A stretch of 64,000 nucleotides of DNA from Felis catus (Eukaryota), in contig NC_058382.1 of assembly GCF_018350175.1 (NCBI RefSeq), forward strand, positions 55,616,001 through 55,680,000, given 5' to 3'. Of this stretch, positions 1 to 12,191 are shown piece by piece (the stretch's first letter is position 1; each line of letters opens with the position of its first letter). The notes beneath the pieces are model-generated. The model did no database searches and was not told where the DNA came from. It saw only the letters and a list, made by a program, of their open reading frames with translations. Both the position numbers and the translations under genes were made by a program.

Positions 1-387
1 GAAAAAGAATCTTTTCAGATATAATCAAGTTAAGGATCTCGAGATGAGATTACCCTGGAATATGTAGATGAACCTTAAATACAATCACAAGTGTCCTTGT
101 AAGAAACATATAGACACAAACGAAAAGAAGGCCATACAAAGACAGAGGCAGAGGTAGGAGAGATGTAGCCACAAGCCAAGGAACATCTGGAGCCACCAGA
201 AGATGGAGGAGATAAGGAAGAATCCTCCCTGAGGGATTTCAGAGGGAACATGGTCTTGCTGACACCTTGATCGTGGACTTGTAACATCCAGAATGGTGAG
301 AAATAATTTTCTGTTGTTTTAAGCACCTCCCCACCCCCACACCCAGTTTGTGGCAATTTGTTACAGCAGCCACAGGAAACTCATACA
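1..387 (+). mobile_element. MaLR solo LTR (MLT1B/C-like), 5' end cut by window edge
   Basis: Typical MLT1 body (gccacaagccaaggaa...gacaccttgat) and 3' end tttgtggcaatttgttacagcagccacaggaaactcataca. Confidence 0.85.
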
Positions 388-409
388 GTGTTGAGATGGG
401 ACCACGGCA

Positions 410-590
410 GGTTGGATTCCAAGTCTGCCCCCTCAGCTGTGATGCTGTCTGGTGGGCTTGTGGCTGAATCTCTCTGTGTTTGTTTCCTAACCTGTAATTG
501 GGGACAGTGCTTGTGCTATTGTGAGGAATAAGTGACATGATGTATATCATAGATAGAGAACAGGGCTCACCAGATACTGGCTCTTGTTGT
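410..590 (+). mobile_element. MIR SINE fragment
   Basis: Degenerate MIR core tttcctaacctgtaattgggga...tgtgaggaataagtga. Confidence 0.6.
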
Positions 591-926
591 TCCTAGCATC
601 GTCGTTTTTATGAGGTCACCCTAGGAATGGCTATTTGTGTGCAAACCTCAGTCAGGGACAGACTCTGCTTATGGCCAATGCTGGTCCCTTAGTCAGGGTA
701 TGCTTGGGAATCTTTGGCTAGATAAGTCACTGTTCTGGATATTTGGTAGTTGAATAAATACCCTTGGGACATAAGTCTGTCTGCTGGTATTTTGTTTTGT
801 GGTTACTTATGAATTGGCTATTTTCATGCTTTCTGTGCATCTCCCTTTGTTTTATTTTCCTTACTAACAATACTTATTGTTAACTTACCTTTTTATACTT
901 ATTATTAACTTAGAGTAAACCATACT

Positions 927-1487
927 TCAACCTCCCAAGAGCACTCCCAAGTCTGGTGATTCATATGGAGGACTCATAGGACTCAGGATACAGTTGGACC
1001 CATGGCTAAGACTTACAGAGTGAAAAGGCACAAAGAAAATCAGCAAAGGAAAAAAAGCGCATGGGGAAAAGTCTGGAGGAAAACAGACATAAGCTTCTAA
1101 GAAGCTCCCAGTGGAGTCACACATGATGTGCTTGATTCCCCCAACAATGAGTTTTGACAACATGGCCCTTTGCAAGGTTGTCTACTCTGGAAGATTGTTA
1201 GAGAACCAGTGTCCCTGGGTTTCATTGGGGGCTGGTCACGTAGGGACCTTCTGCCTAGCAGGTACCCAAATTCCAGACTCCCAGAAAAAAAAAAAAGACA
1301 GATATTGAGCGTGAACCACATTGTTTGTACAAATCGTTTAGGTACAGTAGGCACCTCTGTAAGTTTTGGAATGGGGGGCGGGGAGAGACCTGAGATCCAA
1401 GTTCCCACATGCCAACAAAGGGCCAACCTTGCAAGCAGAGCTTTCTGAGAAGAGTGGTCTCAAGCCTGCCATGTTTGTTTTCCACAT
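927..1487 (-). mobile_element. MER21-like ERVL solo LTR
   Basis: Minus strand reads acatggcaggcttgagacc...gcttgcaaggttggccctt...gggaacttggat, matching the MER21A 5' region as recalled. Confidence 0.75.
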
Positions 1488-1739
1488 AGCGTACAGTAAA
1501 AGTTTATTGTTTCTAGGCATTATGTTATTTAATATCTTACAGGATGGAGGGCATTATTATTCATAATTTAGAGATGAAGCACCTGAGGTTTCAGGAGTTT
1601 AAGGACCTCACCCCAAATCATCACTAGTAGATTGGAGCACAGGCACATTGGAAGGTAACCACTGTGCAACAAGCCATTCACTTTACAGAAAGGGGCATTA
1701 GGGAGGAGAGAAGTTGTTCTGAGTGACTCTAACAGAGAG

Positions 1740-2090
1740 CATGTAGGCTTAGTTATGCCATAGCAATCCCCATATCTCAATGACTTGTAAGAACTCATTT
1801 TAGTTTCTGCTCAAGCCTCAAGTCTATTGCCATTCAGCCTGGGGTGTCGTTCTGTATTGTCCTCACTCTGGGACCCGGCTATTGGAGCAGCCGCTGCTGC
1901 CAGTCATTGGGATAGGAGGAAAGGCCAGGTACAGACTGTGCCCTGGCTCTTAAAACTTCCATCCTGAAGTGTGATGTGTGTCACGTTCATTGGCCAACAC
2001 CAGCCACATGGTCTTACCTCGCTTCTTGAGGGGGTGGGGAAGTGCGATCCTAATAGGAATATTCATTGAACAGCACCAAGGACTGCACAG
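1740..2090 (-). mobile_element. Old MaLR LTR (MLT1K/L-like)
   Basis: cctcactctgggaccc...gctcttaaaacttcc...cattggccaacaccagccacatgg motifs. Confidence 0.6.
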
Positions 2091-3267
2091 TAGCCAGAAA
2101 ACATCAGCTTCTGGTTATTGCACCTTCCTTTCCTCGGAACCCTCTGCTGAGCTCCCGTGCCCTCTCCTGATGTAGGTACTACTGGAAATCTGGTCCCAGT
2201 GACCCTAGAGGGTGTCTCCAGAGCCTACTGGCAATGTCATGTGTCTGCTTACTTTGCCCATAGACAGCAGACCCCATGCTAGAATTTATAATGATTAGTA
2301 TCTTTGGGGCTTCTCCTTTACTAAGCCTCTGCCTCACCCCTTTCCTTTGCCAGCAAGCCCAAACCATCTGAAGACTGGAGCTGGAAAGAAACCTCCGGGC
2401 TCGATCAGGATTTTTGAATCCCTGCCAAATGTTGCCTAGACATCTAAAACCCTGGGTTCCTTAAAAAAGAATTCCAGGGGTATATTTATTAGCAAGCATG
2501 AATTTCGACAGATTTTCATGTTCCTCTCTCTTGGCAGGAAATGCAGGGATCTCCTGCCAGTTTCTGACAGCCTTGTCGCTAGGTGTTAAGTGAAAAACAT
2601 CATCAGCCTGGTCTATTGATAGGTTCAAGTGACAGTGTATGTTGCCAATCTCAGCCAAGAATCACTTCTGACAATTTTCCTCTCCATCGCTGTGCTTGGG
2701 TGGGAACATCCCATCACCCCCCCCCCCCTTCCTCAGGACTTTACACTGTAACCATATTAAGGCTGCATATGTCTGCATGGCTGTAAGCAGTAGGTTTGTG
2801 GAGGAATTAAGCGGGGCATATGGCTTCCGGCGGGTTGCCTGGATCGCCCAAGTGTCACCCCGCCCTGTGCCAAGCAGTGCTGTTGAAGCTGCTGTGCCTG
2901 GTGCTCTCGAAAAGAGTTTTGGCCAAACTTGTTGATTAGTGCTCACTGAGGCTGCCAAAAGTGCTCTGCCTGCTTGGGGAGGCTGGCCCCTTTCGTGGAC
3001 AGACCTTTCCCTGCCCTCTCCCACTGCCTCGGGATGGCAGTCACTGCTGGTCTTCTGGAGACACTCCCTTCCCCTTGCAACTCTGCTCCCTCTTGCTCCC
3101 TCCAATCCATTCTCCACCAAGAAGTCAGAATGATGTTTTCAGAATACAAAGCTGATCGTGGCCACAATTATAAGAGTAGTAGCAGCAGCAGTAATAGTAA
3201 TAATAGTAATAATGGTAATAAAACTTCTCGAGATTCTCATTGATGCTAACTGAAAATACTAAAATTC

Positions 3268-3483
3268 TTTTTTTTTAAAAATGTTTTTGAAGTTTATTCA
3301 TTTTTGAGAAAGAGTGTGAGAGGGGGAGGGGCAGAGAGAGAGAGGGAGACACAGACTCTGAAGCAGGCTCCAGGCTCTGCGCTGTCAGCACAGAGCCTGA
3401 CGCGGGGCTGGAACTCATGAACTGTGAGGTCATGACCTGAGCTGAAGTCGGATGCTCAACTGACTGAGCCACCTAGGCGCCCC
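3268..3483 (-). mobile_element. Can-SINE (SINEC)
   Basis: Poly-T, (GA)n, aagcaggctccaggctct, head ...gagccacctaggcgcccc. Confidence 0.95.
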
Positions 3484-3489
3484 AAAACC

Positions 3490-4220
3490 AAAATTTTTAA
3501 CATGGCCTCCAGGGTCCTGCCTGCTCCCTGCCCTCCTTTCCTGCCTCATCTACAGTGAAGCTTCTGTGTGCTCTCCATACTCAGGCCACACCAGCCTTCT
3601 TTAGGTTCCAGTAAGGACCATGCCTGTGTCTTTTAAGGGGCCTTGCACATGCCTATTCCTTTACCCCCACCCAGTCTCTTCCTCCTGGTTCAGTGGCTCC
3701 CAACCTTGGCTGCACATTAGAATTGCTTGGGGTGCCGGGAGAGGGTTTCTTAAAATAGCAATGCTTGGGACCACCACCAAAGACACGAATTTTCCTTGGT
3801 CTGGAGAGAAGCCTGGTAATCAGCATTGTAAGATGCCACAGGTGATTCTAATATGCCCCCAAGATGCCATAGGCGATTCTACTATGCCCCCAACCCTGGC
3901 TTGGTTAATTGCTGTGCAGCCATTGGGGTCTCCGCTCCGTGGTTCTTTCTTCAAGGAAGCTTTCCCTGATATCCCTGATTACGTTAGAATATTCCTGTTT
4001 TACACTACTGAAGAATGATTTACCTACCCTCCTTACTTAAGAGTCTGAATTTTACACTTATTTGTGGGATAATTGGATTAATATCTCTCTCGGTGGACTT
4101 TAAGCTTCATGTGGGTTATGGTTATCTATTATTTTGCTCACTATTGTAAATCCAGTGCTGTCAGTAGTGACTAATGCCTGATAGGAGGTTGATAAATAAT
4201 GGTAAAATAAATGAATGAAT
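3490..4220 (+). mobile_element. L2 LINE 3' fragment interrupted by a MER5-like element
   Basis: L2 3' motifs (catggcctccagggtcctg; gccttgcacatgc) and terminus ...ataaatgaatgaat. Confidence 0.7.
3690..3860. mobile_element. MER5A-like hAT-Charlie non-autonomous DNA transposon
   Basis: cagtggctcccaaccttggctgcacattagaatt...caggtgattctaatatgc. Confidence 0.75.
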
Positions 4221-4639
4221 TTTAGGGCACTTCCAAAATCTTTAGGGTGTCCCAAGTAATCCTATTTAGGTTTTAGGACTATCAAGTAGGTGTTTGATAT
4301 TGCTTCTGGCCAGGGACTTCTGTGGTTAGTTGTGAGAATCCCAACCAGTCTTTTTAGTGATCAAGAACAGTAACAGGGATAGGGTGGCTCGGAAAGTGAT
4401 ATGGAGTACAAGTGAGTGGGCTGGTATGATGGTCAGATCCTATAGGGCAGAGGTAGAGGTGAAGCAGGTACACATGGCAGGAATGTTCTGGCTGTAAAGA
4501 CATGCCTTTCCATGAACAGCCCATGAAGCAGGTGTCTAGTAAATTCAATATTCTTACCCACAACAGTATGCTTGTACTATCTCTGGAAAGGAAACAGGCA
4601 TTCAAACTGGACAGATGAGAACAAATGTGGTTTAGGAGG

Positions 4640-5210
4640 AATCAACACTTAAAGATGGGTGAGGATATATTAAGAGAATGTGGAGAATCTTTGGATGAAT
4701 TCAGAGGTCACAAGTCCACACGAATCACATGCCAGAGGAGACAATTTTCAGCTGAAATTGTGATACTGTAGTATGTGATCTTTGGGACATAACAACGGGT
4801 AGGAGAGCAGCTAGATATCTGTAGAGGAAAAGTCTTTTGATTTTCCAAAAAGGGAAACATGGTAGAATCTTGACATTACAATTAAGACCTTGCAGAAGAG
4901 ATCTGGAAAAATTACAGAAGGATTTAAGTGCAGGTTATGATCATTAGAAAAGAAAGCATTAAGCACCAGACTAGCATAGATTTGCTGAGACCCAGTCTTG
5001 TTGAAGTGACATTAATTCAGCTTATGGTAAGGTTATTAGATGGAAAGATCATGTTGAAAATATATATGTGTCATATTTTGATTTCAGTGAGGCATTAGGT
5101 AAATGTTTCCTCTGACATCTTTTTTCAGGTAAGGTAGAAATTAGTTGAATTTGTAATTGACTAAACTACTGTACCAAAGAGTACCTCACTGTGGAAGGAG
5201 ACATCCTAGC
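4640..5210 (+). mobile_element. CR1/L3 LINE fossil, reverse-transcriptase region
   Basis: 4972-5103 translates *HRFAETQSC*SDINSAYGKVIRWKDHVENIYVSYFDFSEALGK, colinear with the CR1 RT motif QHGF..SC.TNL..FYDKVT...D....D.VYLDFSKAFD; upstream attttccaaaaagggaaa (IFQKGK, cf. IFKKGK). Confidence 0.85.
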
Positions 5211-5471
5211 ATTGCACTGACTTCTAAATTTGTTCCTGTATCTTCCTCTCTCCCTTCTCTCTCTACAGATTTCCCTTGCACATTCTCTCCCCAGTACCTT
5301 CTCTCTGTGTGTGACTGATTCTCAGCTCTGTGTCTCCTAACCATTTTTCTCCAAAGCTACCGAACCAACCTTCCCAGCTGGAAATCCTGTTTATTTCAAA
5401 CTTATTAGCCAAAATGGAACTCATTATCTCTCTTACTCCTCACTCCAAATTTCAGTCCTATATTTTATTTA

Positions 5472-5689
5472 AAAAAATTTTTTTTTCAATGTTTATTTAT
5501 TTTGGGGACAGAGAGAGACAGAGCATGAACGGGCGAGGGGCAGAGAGAGAGGGAGACACAGAATCGGAAACAGGCTCCAGGCTCTGAGCCAACAGCCCAG
5601 AGCCCGACGCGGGGCTCGAACTCACGGACCGCGAGATCGTGACCTGGCTGAAGTCGGACGCTTAACCGACTGCGCCACCCAGGCGCCCC
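5472..5689 (-). mobile_element. Young felid SINEC_Fc-type SINE
   Basis: CpGs intact; perfect TSD agtcctatattttattta (5454-5471 / 5690-5707). Confidence 0.97.
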
Positions 5690-5827
5690 AGTCCTATATT
5701 TTATTTATTAGGAACTGGGAAATGAAGAATTTACTCTGCAATCAGGCATTGGGATCTTTCTTATCTTTGGGCCGTAGCTTCTTTTAGTTTTTATTTTTGT
5801 TTCCAAGTAGAACGAGGAGAGGTTAGA

Positions 5828-6002
5828 CACCACCATTGTCATCACCACCCCTGTCACCATCACCACTAACATCACCCTTACCTCCACGACCACCACGTCC
5901 CCCACCACCTCGACCACCTCCACCTCCAACACCATCGTCACCTCCACACCACCATCACCACTGCTGCCATCACTGACTTCAACACCATCACCACTGACAA
6001 CA
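5828..6002. repeat. Degenerate (CAC/CAT)n low-complexity tract
   Basis: caccaccattgtcatcaccacc...ccaccatcaccactg; source of the Val-rich minus-strand ORF. Confidence 0.85.
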
Positions 6003-6094
6003 TTGAAACAGGTTTTTTCATACCTAGAGAACACACAGATTAAAATGGAGACATAACACATTACCAATGTTTTCTGCCACGGAATCCCCACAAC

Positions 6095-6255
6095 CTAATA
6101 AGGTAGGGACTACCCTTATTACCACTTCACATTTGAGAAAGTCTTGTCACAGAGAAGTTACGTCTCCAGCCTGAGATCATACAGCTAACAAATTCAGAGC
6201 CAGGATTCATATCATCTTCAGACAGTTTACCTGTAGAGCCCTTATTCTTAACCAT
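6095..6255 (-). mobile_element. MIR
   Basis: ccacttcacatttgagaaa...cacagagaagtta...gatcatacagctaacaaattcagagccaggattc. Confidence 0.7.
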
Positions 6256-6391
6256 CCCTCCCCACAGAAACAGCTCATAGATGAAACTTTACTAATTCCC
6301 CAAAGGATTTTTAAATTTTGTGGCTCTAAATACATTGTGTCACCATTGGTTGTGTAATTCATTGTTTCTGTGACTAGACTTTGAGCTTTTT

Positions 6392-6620
6392 TTTTCTCAG
6401 TGTTTATTTATTTTTGATTGACAGAGAGTAACAGAGCATGAGCAAGGGAGGGGCAGGGAGAGGGGAGGGGCAGAGAGAGAGGGAAGCAAGGAATCCAAAG
6501 CAGGCTCCATGCTCTGAGCCATCAGCACAGAGCCTTACGTGGGGCTCAAACTCATGAACTATGAAATCATCACCTGAGACGAAGTGGGACGTTTACCCGA
6601 CTGAGCCACCCAGGCGCCCC
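6392..6620 (-). mobile_element. Can-SINE inserted into an L2 3' end
   Basis: TSD agactttgagcttttt (6376-6391 / 6622-6637); flanks rejoin to L2 tail gactagactttgagctttttaagggcaggga. Confidence 0.95.
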
Positions 6621-6784
6621 CAGACTTTGAGCTTTTTAAGGGCAGGGATTTTCCTCTTATTTATCTTTCTACCTTTGGGGCCTAGCACTGTGTTTAGTTA
6701 GCATAGAAGTGGATGCTGGCAAGAGTATTTCTTTATTGTTAAGTGGTTTGGATTTTATCAGGGTTCTTTCGCAGGGTTCTTTTG

Positions 6785-6925
6785 CAACAGAATTGCCTGG
6801 GAAATTTAGAACTTGTTTTAAACGTATTTTAAGGCTTTAGGCAGACCACCTGAATCAGTCTCTGGGCGTGGGGTCAGGTAATCTGTATTTTAAATACATT
6901 CTCCAGTGATTTTCATATTTTCTTC
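6785..6925. mobile_element. MER5-like DNA transposon
   Basis: gaattgcctggg...tgaatcagtctctggg...aatctgtattttaaa...ctccagtgatttt. Confidence 0.65.
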
Positions 6926-7866
6926 TTTGAAACCCATTATGGCCTCTTCTAGGGCTGAGATTCTGTGACGCTGATTTTTCATTTTGTTCGCACAGGACAG
7001 CAAAAAATGCCATGGAAAAAAAGGTTCTGGGAATATATTTCTAAGAGCATTTGATTTCCGGGATTCTATATTCAGCTGTATTGTTTTTGTTGTAAGTTTC
7101 CTCAAATCTTTTGTGGAATGAGCCAAGGTATATAAATCAATGTGAATTAATAAAATTAAGCTGTACTGTTTCCCTAAGTCATCAGACAATAGAAACTTCA
7201 ATAACACTGCTGCCCTGGTGGCTGCTAAAACTCTGACCCCCGTTGACCAGAAGGCATTTCTAGCAGAGGCAAGATGGCATGGCAGGGATGGGAGTTTTTT
7301 TAAGTTCCAGGGGTCAAGCCATGTAAAGTGAATTACTTCCCTACTTTGTGTTGTCTTCCTGGAATCTTCAGATGTGAGATTGGCCTCGTAGAAAAATCCA
7401 GAAGTCAGAAAAAAAAGCAGAAGTCAGCAGGCCTGAGCTTACATTTTGTTTGGTCAAGTTGGTTACCTTTTCTGAGTTCATCTCCCTATCAGAGAAATGG
7501 TTGAAAAAGCCTCTTTGGGATTTTTAAGGACTGAGAACAAGGAAAGACCCTGTCCCATTCTTGGCACATAGTTGGGACTTGTACCGTGGGTATTGTTCTT
7601 CTTCCTCCTTTTATATTATTTAAAAATTATGATCATCATAATTCTAATTATTTTGACTCCTTTCCCCCAGTAGGAGGGATGAAATAATTGAATCTTTATT
7701 ACTGATGCTCTTGGAACCTGACAGGCAGCATGATGACCAGTTAAGACTTGTGTTAGTTTCTAGAGTTAATAGTCCATCTCCCAGAACTGTCCTCAAGGAA
7801 GCTCCAACAATGCATTGTCTATATGATATATAACCTGTATTTTTAGCCATAGTCTTTGAAATATAC

Positions 7867-8240
7867 CTGTGAGGCAGATTGCAAAAATGACCACAATATA
7901 TCCCTGTGATATGACTTTGTGATTCTTTCCATCAAGAAGTGATACCAGGAATTTCCCATCTGTGGGAATTCTGGGAATTTGCGCTGGTCTGTGACTTGCT
8001 TTGGCCTATATAGTGTTGTGGGAGCGATTGCATGCCAGTTGTAAGCCTGGGCCTTGCATTCTTGAAAACTTGTCATGGTCCCGTGGCGAGAAGGATGGCC
8101 AGCATGGCCAAATAGGTAAGAGATGTGTGGCTCAGTCACCTCTGAAATTCTTCCAATGGCTAGTGAACTACCAGATAACATGAGTGAGGCCATCCCCAGG
8201 CCTGCTGGTCACCAGACAAGCTGCCGGCTCACCACAGACT
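7867..8240 (+). mobile_element. MaLR LTR (MLT1G/H-like)
   Basis: tgtgaggcagattgcaaaaatgaccaca...ttccatcaagaagtg...tgtgacttgctttggcc. Confidence 0.7.
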
Positions 8241-8262
8241 CGGTTCCCTTCTCTGACTTCTT

Positions 8263-8487
8263 TAAAAAAAAAACCAAAGTTTTTTTTAATGTTTATTTGT
8301 GACAGAGAGAGAGACATAGCATGAGCAGGGGAGGGGCAGAGAGAGAGGGAGATGCAGAATCCGAAGCAGGCTCCAAGCTCTGAGCTGTCAGCACAGAGCC
8401 CGACTCAGGGCTTGAACTCACAGACTGTGAGATCATGACCTGAGCCAAAGTCAGACACTCAACTGACCGAGCCACCCAGATGCCCCC
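8263..8487 (-). mobile_element. Can-SINE
   Basis: Full SINE body; TSD ttctctgacttctt on both sides. Confidence 0.95.
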
Positions 8488-9648
8488 CTTCTCTGACTTC
8501 TTGATGCTATATGGAAATCTGAATCATGGATGAGTTATGTTAATCCCATCTTACCATTTTGCAGTCATTTACCCGTAATGCAGATATGCACATGCTGGGA
8601 ACATACATGGTTAAGAGGCCCATAGGTTCTGCTTTTAGTCTCAGACACTGTGAGCTAACATCAGTTTTTCATTACTTGTTCATTCTTCAGGTTTCTACTA
8701 TGTATTAACCAAAGTATTGGGTGCCACATTACCTCTAAAACTCTATTTCCTCCATGAGTTGTTAAATTGGATCTTGTTGACTTGCTTTTGCATCATGACC
8801 CTCTTAGCTGACAGGGTAGGGTGTTAGGATAAAGTATTGCTTAATTCCAGGCAGGTTTCTAACTTGCCTGAAGATTGTGATACAAACTCTGGGAAAAGAC
8901 ATCCTAAAAAATACAAGAGAGGGAGGCACCAGCTCATGGTCTCATCATATCCCACTCACAGTGGCTTCTCTGAGTGTTTATCCTGCCTGACCTGTTCGAG
9001 AGGAATCTTTCAGGCAGATTAAATCATGCCTGATGAACTTCTGAATCTGAAACCCAGTACAAAACATCTCTCTAGTCATTCAGCTCTGAGCTAGTTCTGT
9101 GGACACATGTGTTGGGTTACTTATCTCATGAGTAACTGCACCATGAAGCTACACCCTATTACAACCTGTCCCACAGTAGCTGGGATCACAACCCAGAAAG
9201 GGTATCTGAGATGTTTCATACGTTATCCACAAGAAACTTTTGTGGCACTTATCTTTCCTGCCATTTGTGTTTGGCAGTAGCCAGGCCAAACGACTTGGAT
9301 TGACTACCAGGTAAATAATGGGGTGGACGCTTCTAGGAGCTTAGGTGCTCTTTTATATTTTACTGCACTGTAAATCAGGAGGCAGATGAAGACCGCATCT
9401 TTTTGGAGGATTTAGTGCACTTTGGAGCACCAGCCTTGAGTCAGCCTGAGTGCTGATGGGCAGGGCATGAGGATTGTCCAATACAGCAAGGGCAGGTTAA
9501 ATAAGCACGGTTTTGTTTAAGACCTTTCTCTCATGGGAATAACTGTGTGCAAAACTCTCCCGTTAAAATTTATTCAAAAAAGACCCATTCATGCTCTCAT
9601 ACCCTCTTGACTGAATAGTTGCAAAGGATTTTTAACAGGTCTCTGATT

Positions 9649-9711
9649 CTTTTTTTTTTAAAAAGTTAATATATTTATTTTGAGAGAGAGAGCAGGTGCA
9701 AGCAGGGAAGG

Positions 9712-9775
<64 letters not shown>

Positions 9776-9869
9776 CCCAAGTAGGACTCCAACTCACGAA
9801 CTGCAAGATCATGACCTGAGCTGAGATCAAGAACTGGACGCTTAATCTACTGAGCCACCCAGGCACCCC
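9649..9869 (-). mobile_element. Can-SINE with expanded (GA)n microsatellite
   Basis: Long (GA)n at ~9715-9771; TSD caggtctctgatt. Confidence 0.93.
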
Positions 9870-10510
9870 AGCAGGTCTCTGATTTTATTCCCACCCTGCA
9901 CTGCTTTCAATCTATTCTCTACATAGCTTCTGGAGACTTAGATCAGAAAATATTGCCCCCTGCTCCAAAACTTCCAATGTCAGAATTAATATAAACTCCT
10001 TATGAGACCCTACATGACCTGGCTCCTATTTCTCCTTTTGACCATATTTTCTCAGCTTCCCATCAGCCCCTGTGTTGTAACCACCTGGTATTCTTACTGG
10101 TCTTTCAACCTGCCAAGCTGCAGCACCTTTGCACTGCTTGCTGTGCCCTCTGTCTGGGATACTCTTTTCCTCAGCCTTTAGTGTGGCATGTCTCCACACT
10201 TCATTCAGATCTTGGGTAGTGTGTCTTCTCTTCAGAGACCTCTTTCATCTTCATTATATCCAAAATAACTCTTGCCTTCCTACTATTGTCCTCATATAAA
10301 TCCTTTCCTCCCCATAGTACTCATCACTGCTTGGAATCCTATTACATTATTTTCTGTTTCCTTGTATATTGCCTATCTCCCCCACTCAAACATAAACTCC
10401 GTGAAATCAGGGGATCCACCTGTCTTGTCTGCTACTGCAGCTACAGCATCTTGAATATGGCCAAGCTCATAGTAGGCCCTCAGTTAAGGAATGGATTAGT
10501 GAATCAATTC
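9870..10510 (+). mobile_element. L2 LINE 3' fragment
   Basis: caatctattctctacatagc...cctgctccaaaacttccaatg...cccactcaaacataaactccgtga...catagtaggccctcag. Confidence 0.8.
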
Positions 10511-10614
10511 TGATAGCACTGTAGTGAAATATAGAGATAGGTTTAATTCATTTGCAGGGTGTTATGAAAACTTGTTGAGTAAAGGTCAAACCTATGTTGA
10601 ATCTGAAAGGAAAA

Positions 10615-10868
10615 TCCATTCATTCATTCATTCACTCACTCACTGATTTAACAACTATGTGTCAAGGCCCTTCTATGTGTTGGCACTGAGGTTACAGAAT
10701 CAGGAGAGACAAGTCCTTGTGCTTTTGGAGATTATATCTTAGCTACTCTTGATTAAACAAAAACAATGTGCCATGAGCTTTGCCAAGTGCTTTCTATATA
10801 ATAGCATGATGTATGTGGTGGGGGTCGGTGGGGTGGAGAAAGCAGCCCAGGCAGAAGGAAAAGCATGA
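10615..10868 (-). mobile_element. L2 3' end
   Basis: (cattcatt)n tail then tatgtgtcaaggcc...gacaagtccttg. Confidence 0.6.
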
Positions 10869-11321
10869 GTGTATTAGTTCTCTAGGGCTGCCAGAACAAA
10901 CTACTACAAATGTAATGACTTAGAACAGTAGAAATGTACTCTCTCACAGATCTGGAGACTGACTAGAAGTCCAAAGTCAAGGTGTCGGCAGGGCCATCCT
11001 TCCTCCTGAGACTCTAGGGCAGAATTCTCCTGCCAGCTTCCACCTTCTGGTGGATCTTGATGTTCCTTGGCTGGTGGTAACATCACTCCAATCTCTGTGT
11101 CTAGCCTTTCCCCCTGTGTCTTTCCTTTGTGTGTGTCTCTCTTTTCTTCATTGAAGACACTAGTCATTGAATTTAGGGCCCACCTTAAACCCAACATGAT
11201 CTCATCTAGAGATTCTTAACGAATCTGTGAAGATACTGTTTCCAAACAGGATCACATTCACAGGTACTGGGGGTTAGGACTTGGGCATACCTTTTGAGGG
11301 AACACTGTTCACCCCACTGTA
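10869..11321 (-). mobile_element. MaLR LTR (MLT1B/C-like)
   Basis: tgtattagttctctagggctgcc...aagtccaaagtcaaggtgtcggcagggcc...tttagggcccacc...ggggttaggactt. Confidence 0.85.
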
Positions 11322-11411
11322 GTGAGTAGACACCTTGAGTATAGAAAGGACATCATGGAGTACATGGGATGCTGAATCCAGTCACCTGGGAGGACAGGGT
11401 GATGGGTCAAC

Positions 11412-12191
11412 CAGGGCTCCCTGGGGAAGCTCATTAACTAATGGGCAAGCAGTCATGTGGTGTGCTGCACTCAGAGGCTGCACACTTGGGTTGGCGCTCT
11501 GCTGTCTCTGTCCTGAAGTCCCAGGAGTCCACGCTTTCCATTCCAGAACTTGCTTTGAACACAGAAGGAGTGCAGAGGTGTTCTAAGGATCATGAGTGAC
11601 CAAGGAGCCCTGTCACATCCTTTCTTTCTGACTCATGTTACTTCCCTATATCAGGCAACCACTACACTGAAAATGATGGTATAGAAAGGAGAGGAAAGGC
11701 TTGTGCAACCCATAGTTCTTTCTCCTTCCAGTCCCTGCGTATTCACAGTAAGCCAGAGGCAGAGTGTTGGTAGAAAGTGTGCTTATCGTGAAGTGAAATA
11801 AAACCAGTTGAGTTGGTTTGGTGCAGTATTTCCACAGTTATGGTGAGAATGAAATTGAAATGAAATTCCATGCACAATCTATGGAATACGAATTGTATAA
11901 TTTTTGCAAATCTACATATGAGTTTAAACGCTCCCACATTTGGCACCGCACAATACAAAGATGAATGGTAAAATTCATGCTAATAATTTAAAATTTTAAT
12001 TTTTCTTTACTTAGAATGATGTTAAATAGCATATAAAAAGCACCACGACAAATTGAGAGAAAGATCATGGAAGAAAGGAAAGAGCTTTATATTTTAGTGC
12101 CATTAGCAACCTGGTTTTCTGCTTTTTGAGCAAGACGCCCACCTTTCATTTCATTTTGCACTGGGTCCTGCAAATTATGTGTCTGGCCCTG
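11412..12191 (+). mobile_element. MER45-like hAT-Tip100 DNA transposon
   Basis: 3' end ttcattttgcactgggtcctgcaaattatgtgtctggccctg as in MER45; possible 5' terminus cagggc at 11412; no 8-bp TSD seen, so 5' boundary uncertain. Confidence 0.65.

Noticed and set aside
3275..3472. Recurrent MAQSV...AQVMIS...SVLTAQSLEPAS ORF family
   Set aside because: Reading frames through Can-SINE copies, not a gene family
5708..6091. Val-rich 127-aa ORF
   Set aside because: Translation of a (CAC)n low-complexity tract
8654..8820. Good-looking branch point, polypyrimidine tract and AG acceptor at 8690 with a possible donor near 8815
   Set aside because: All three frames hit stops and the donor is weak; no support for a coding exon, though a non-coding exon cannot be excluded
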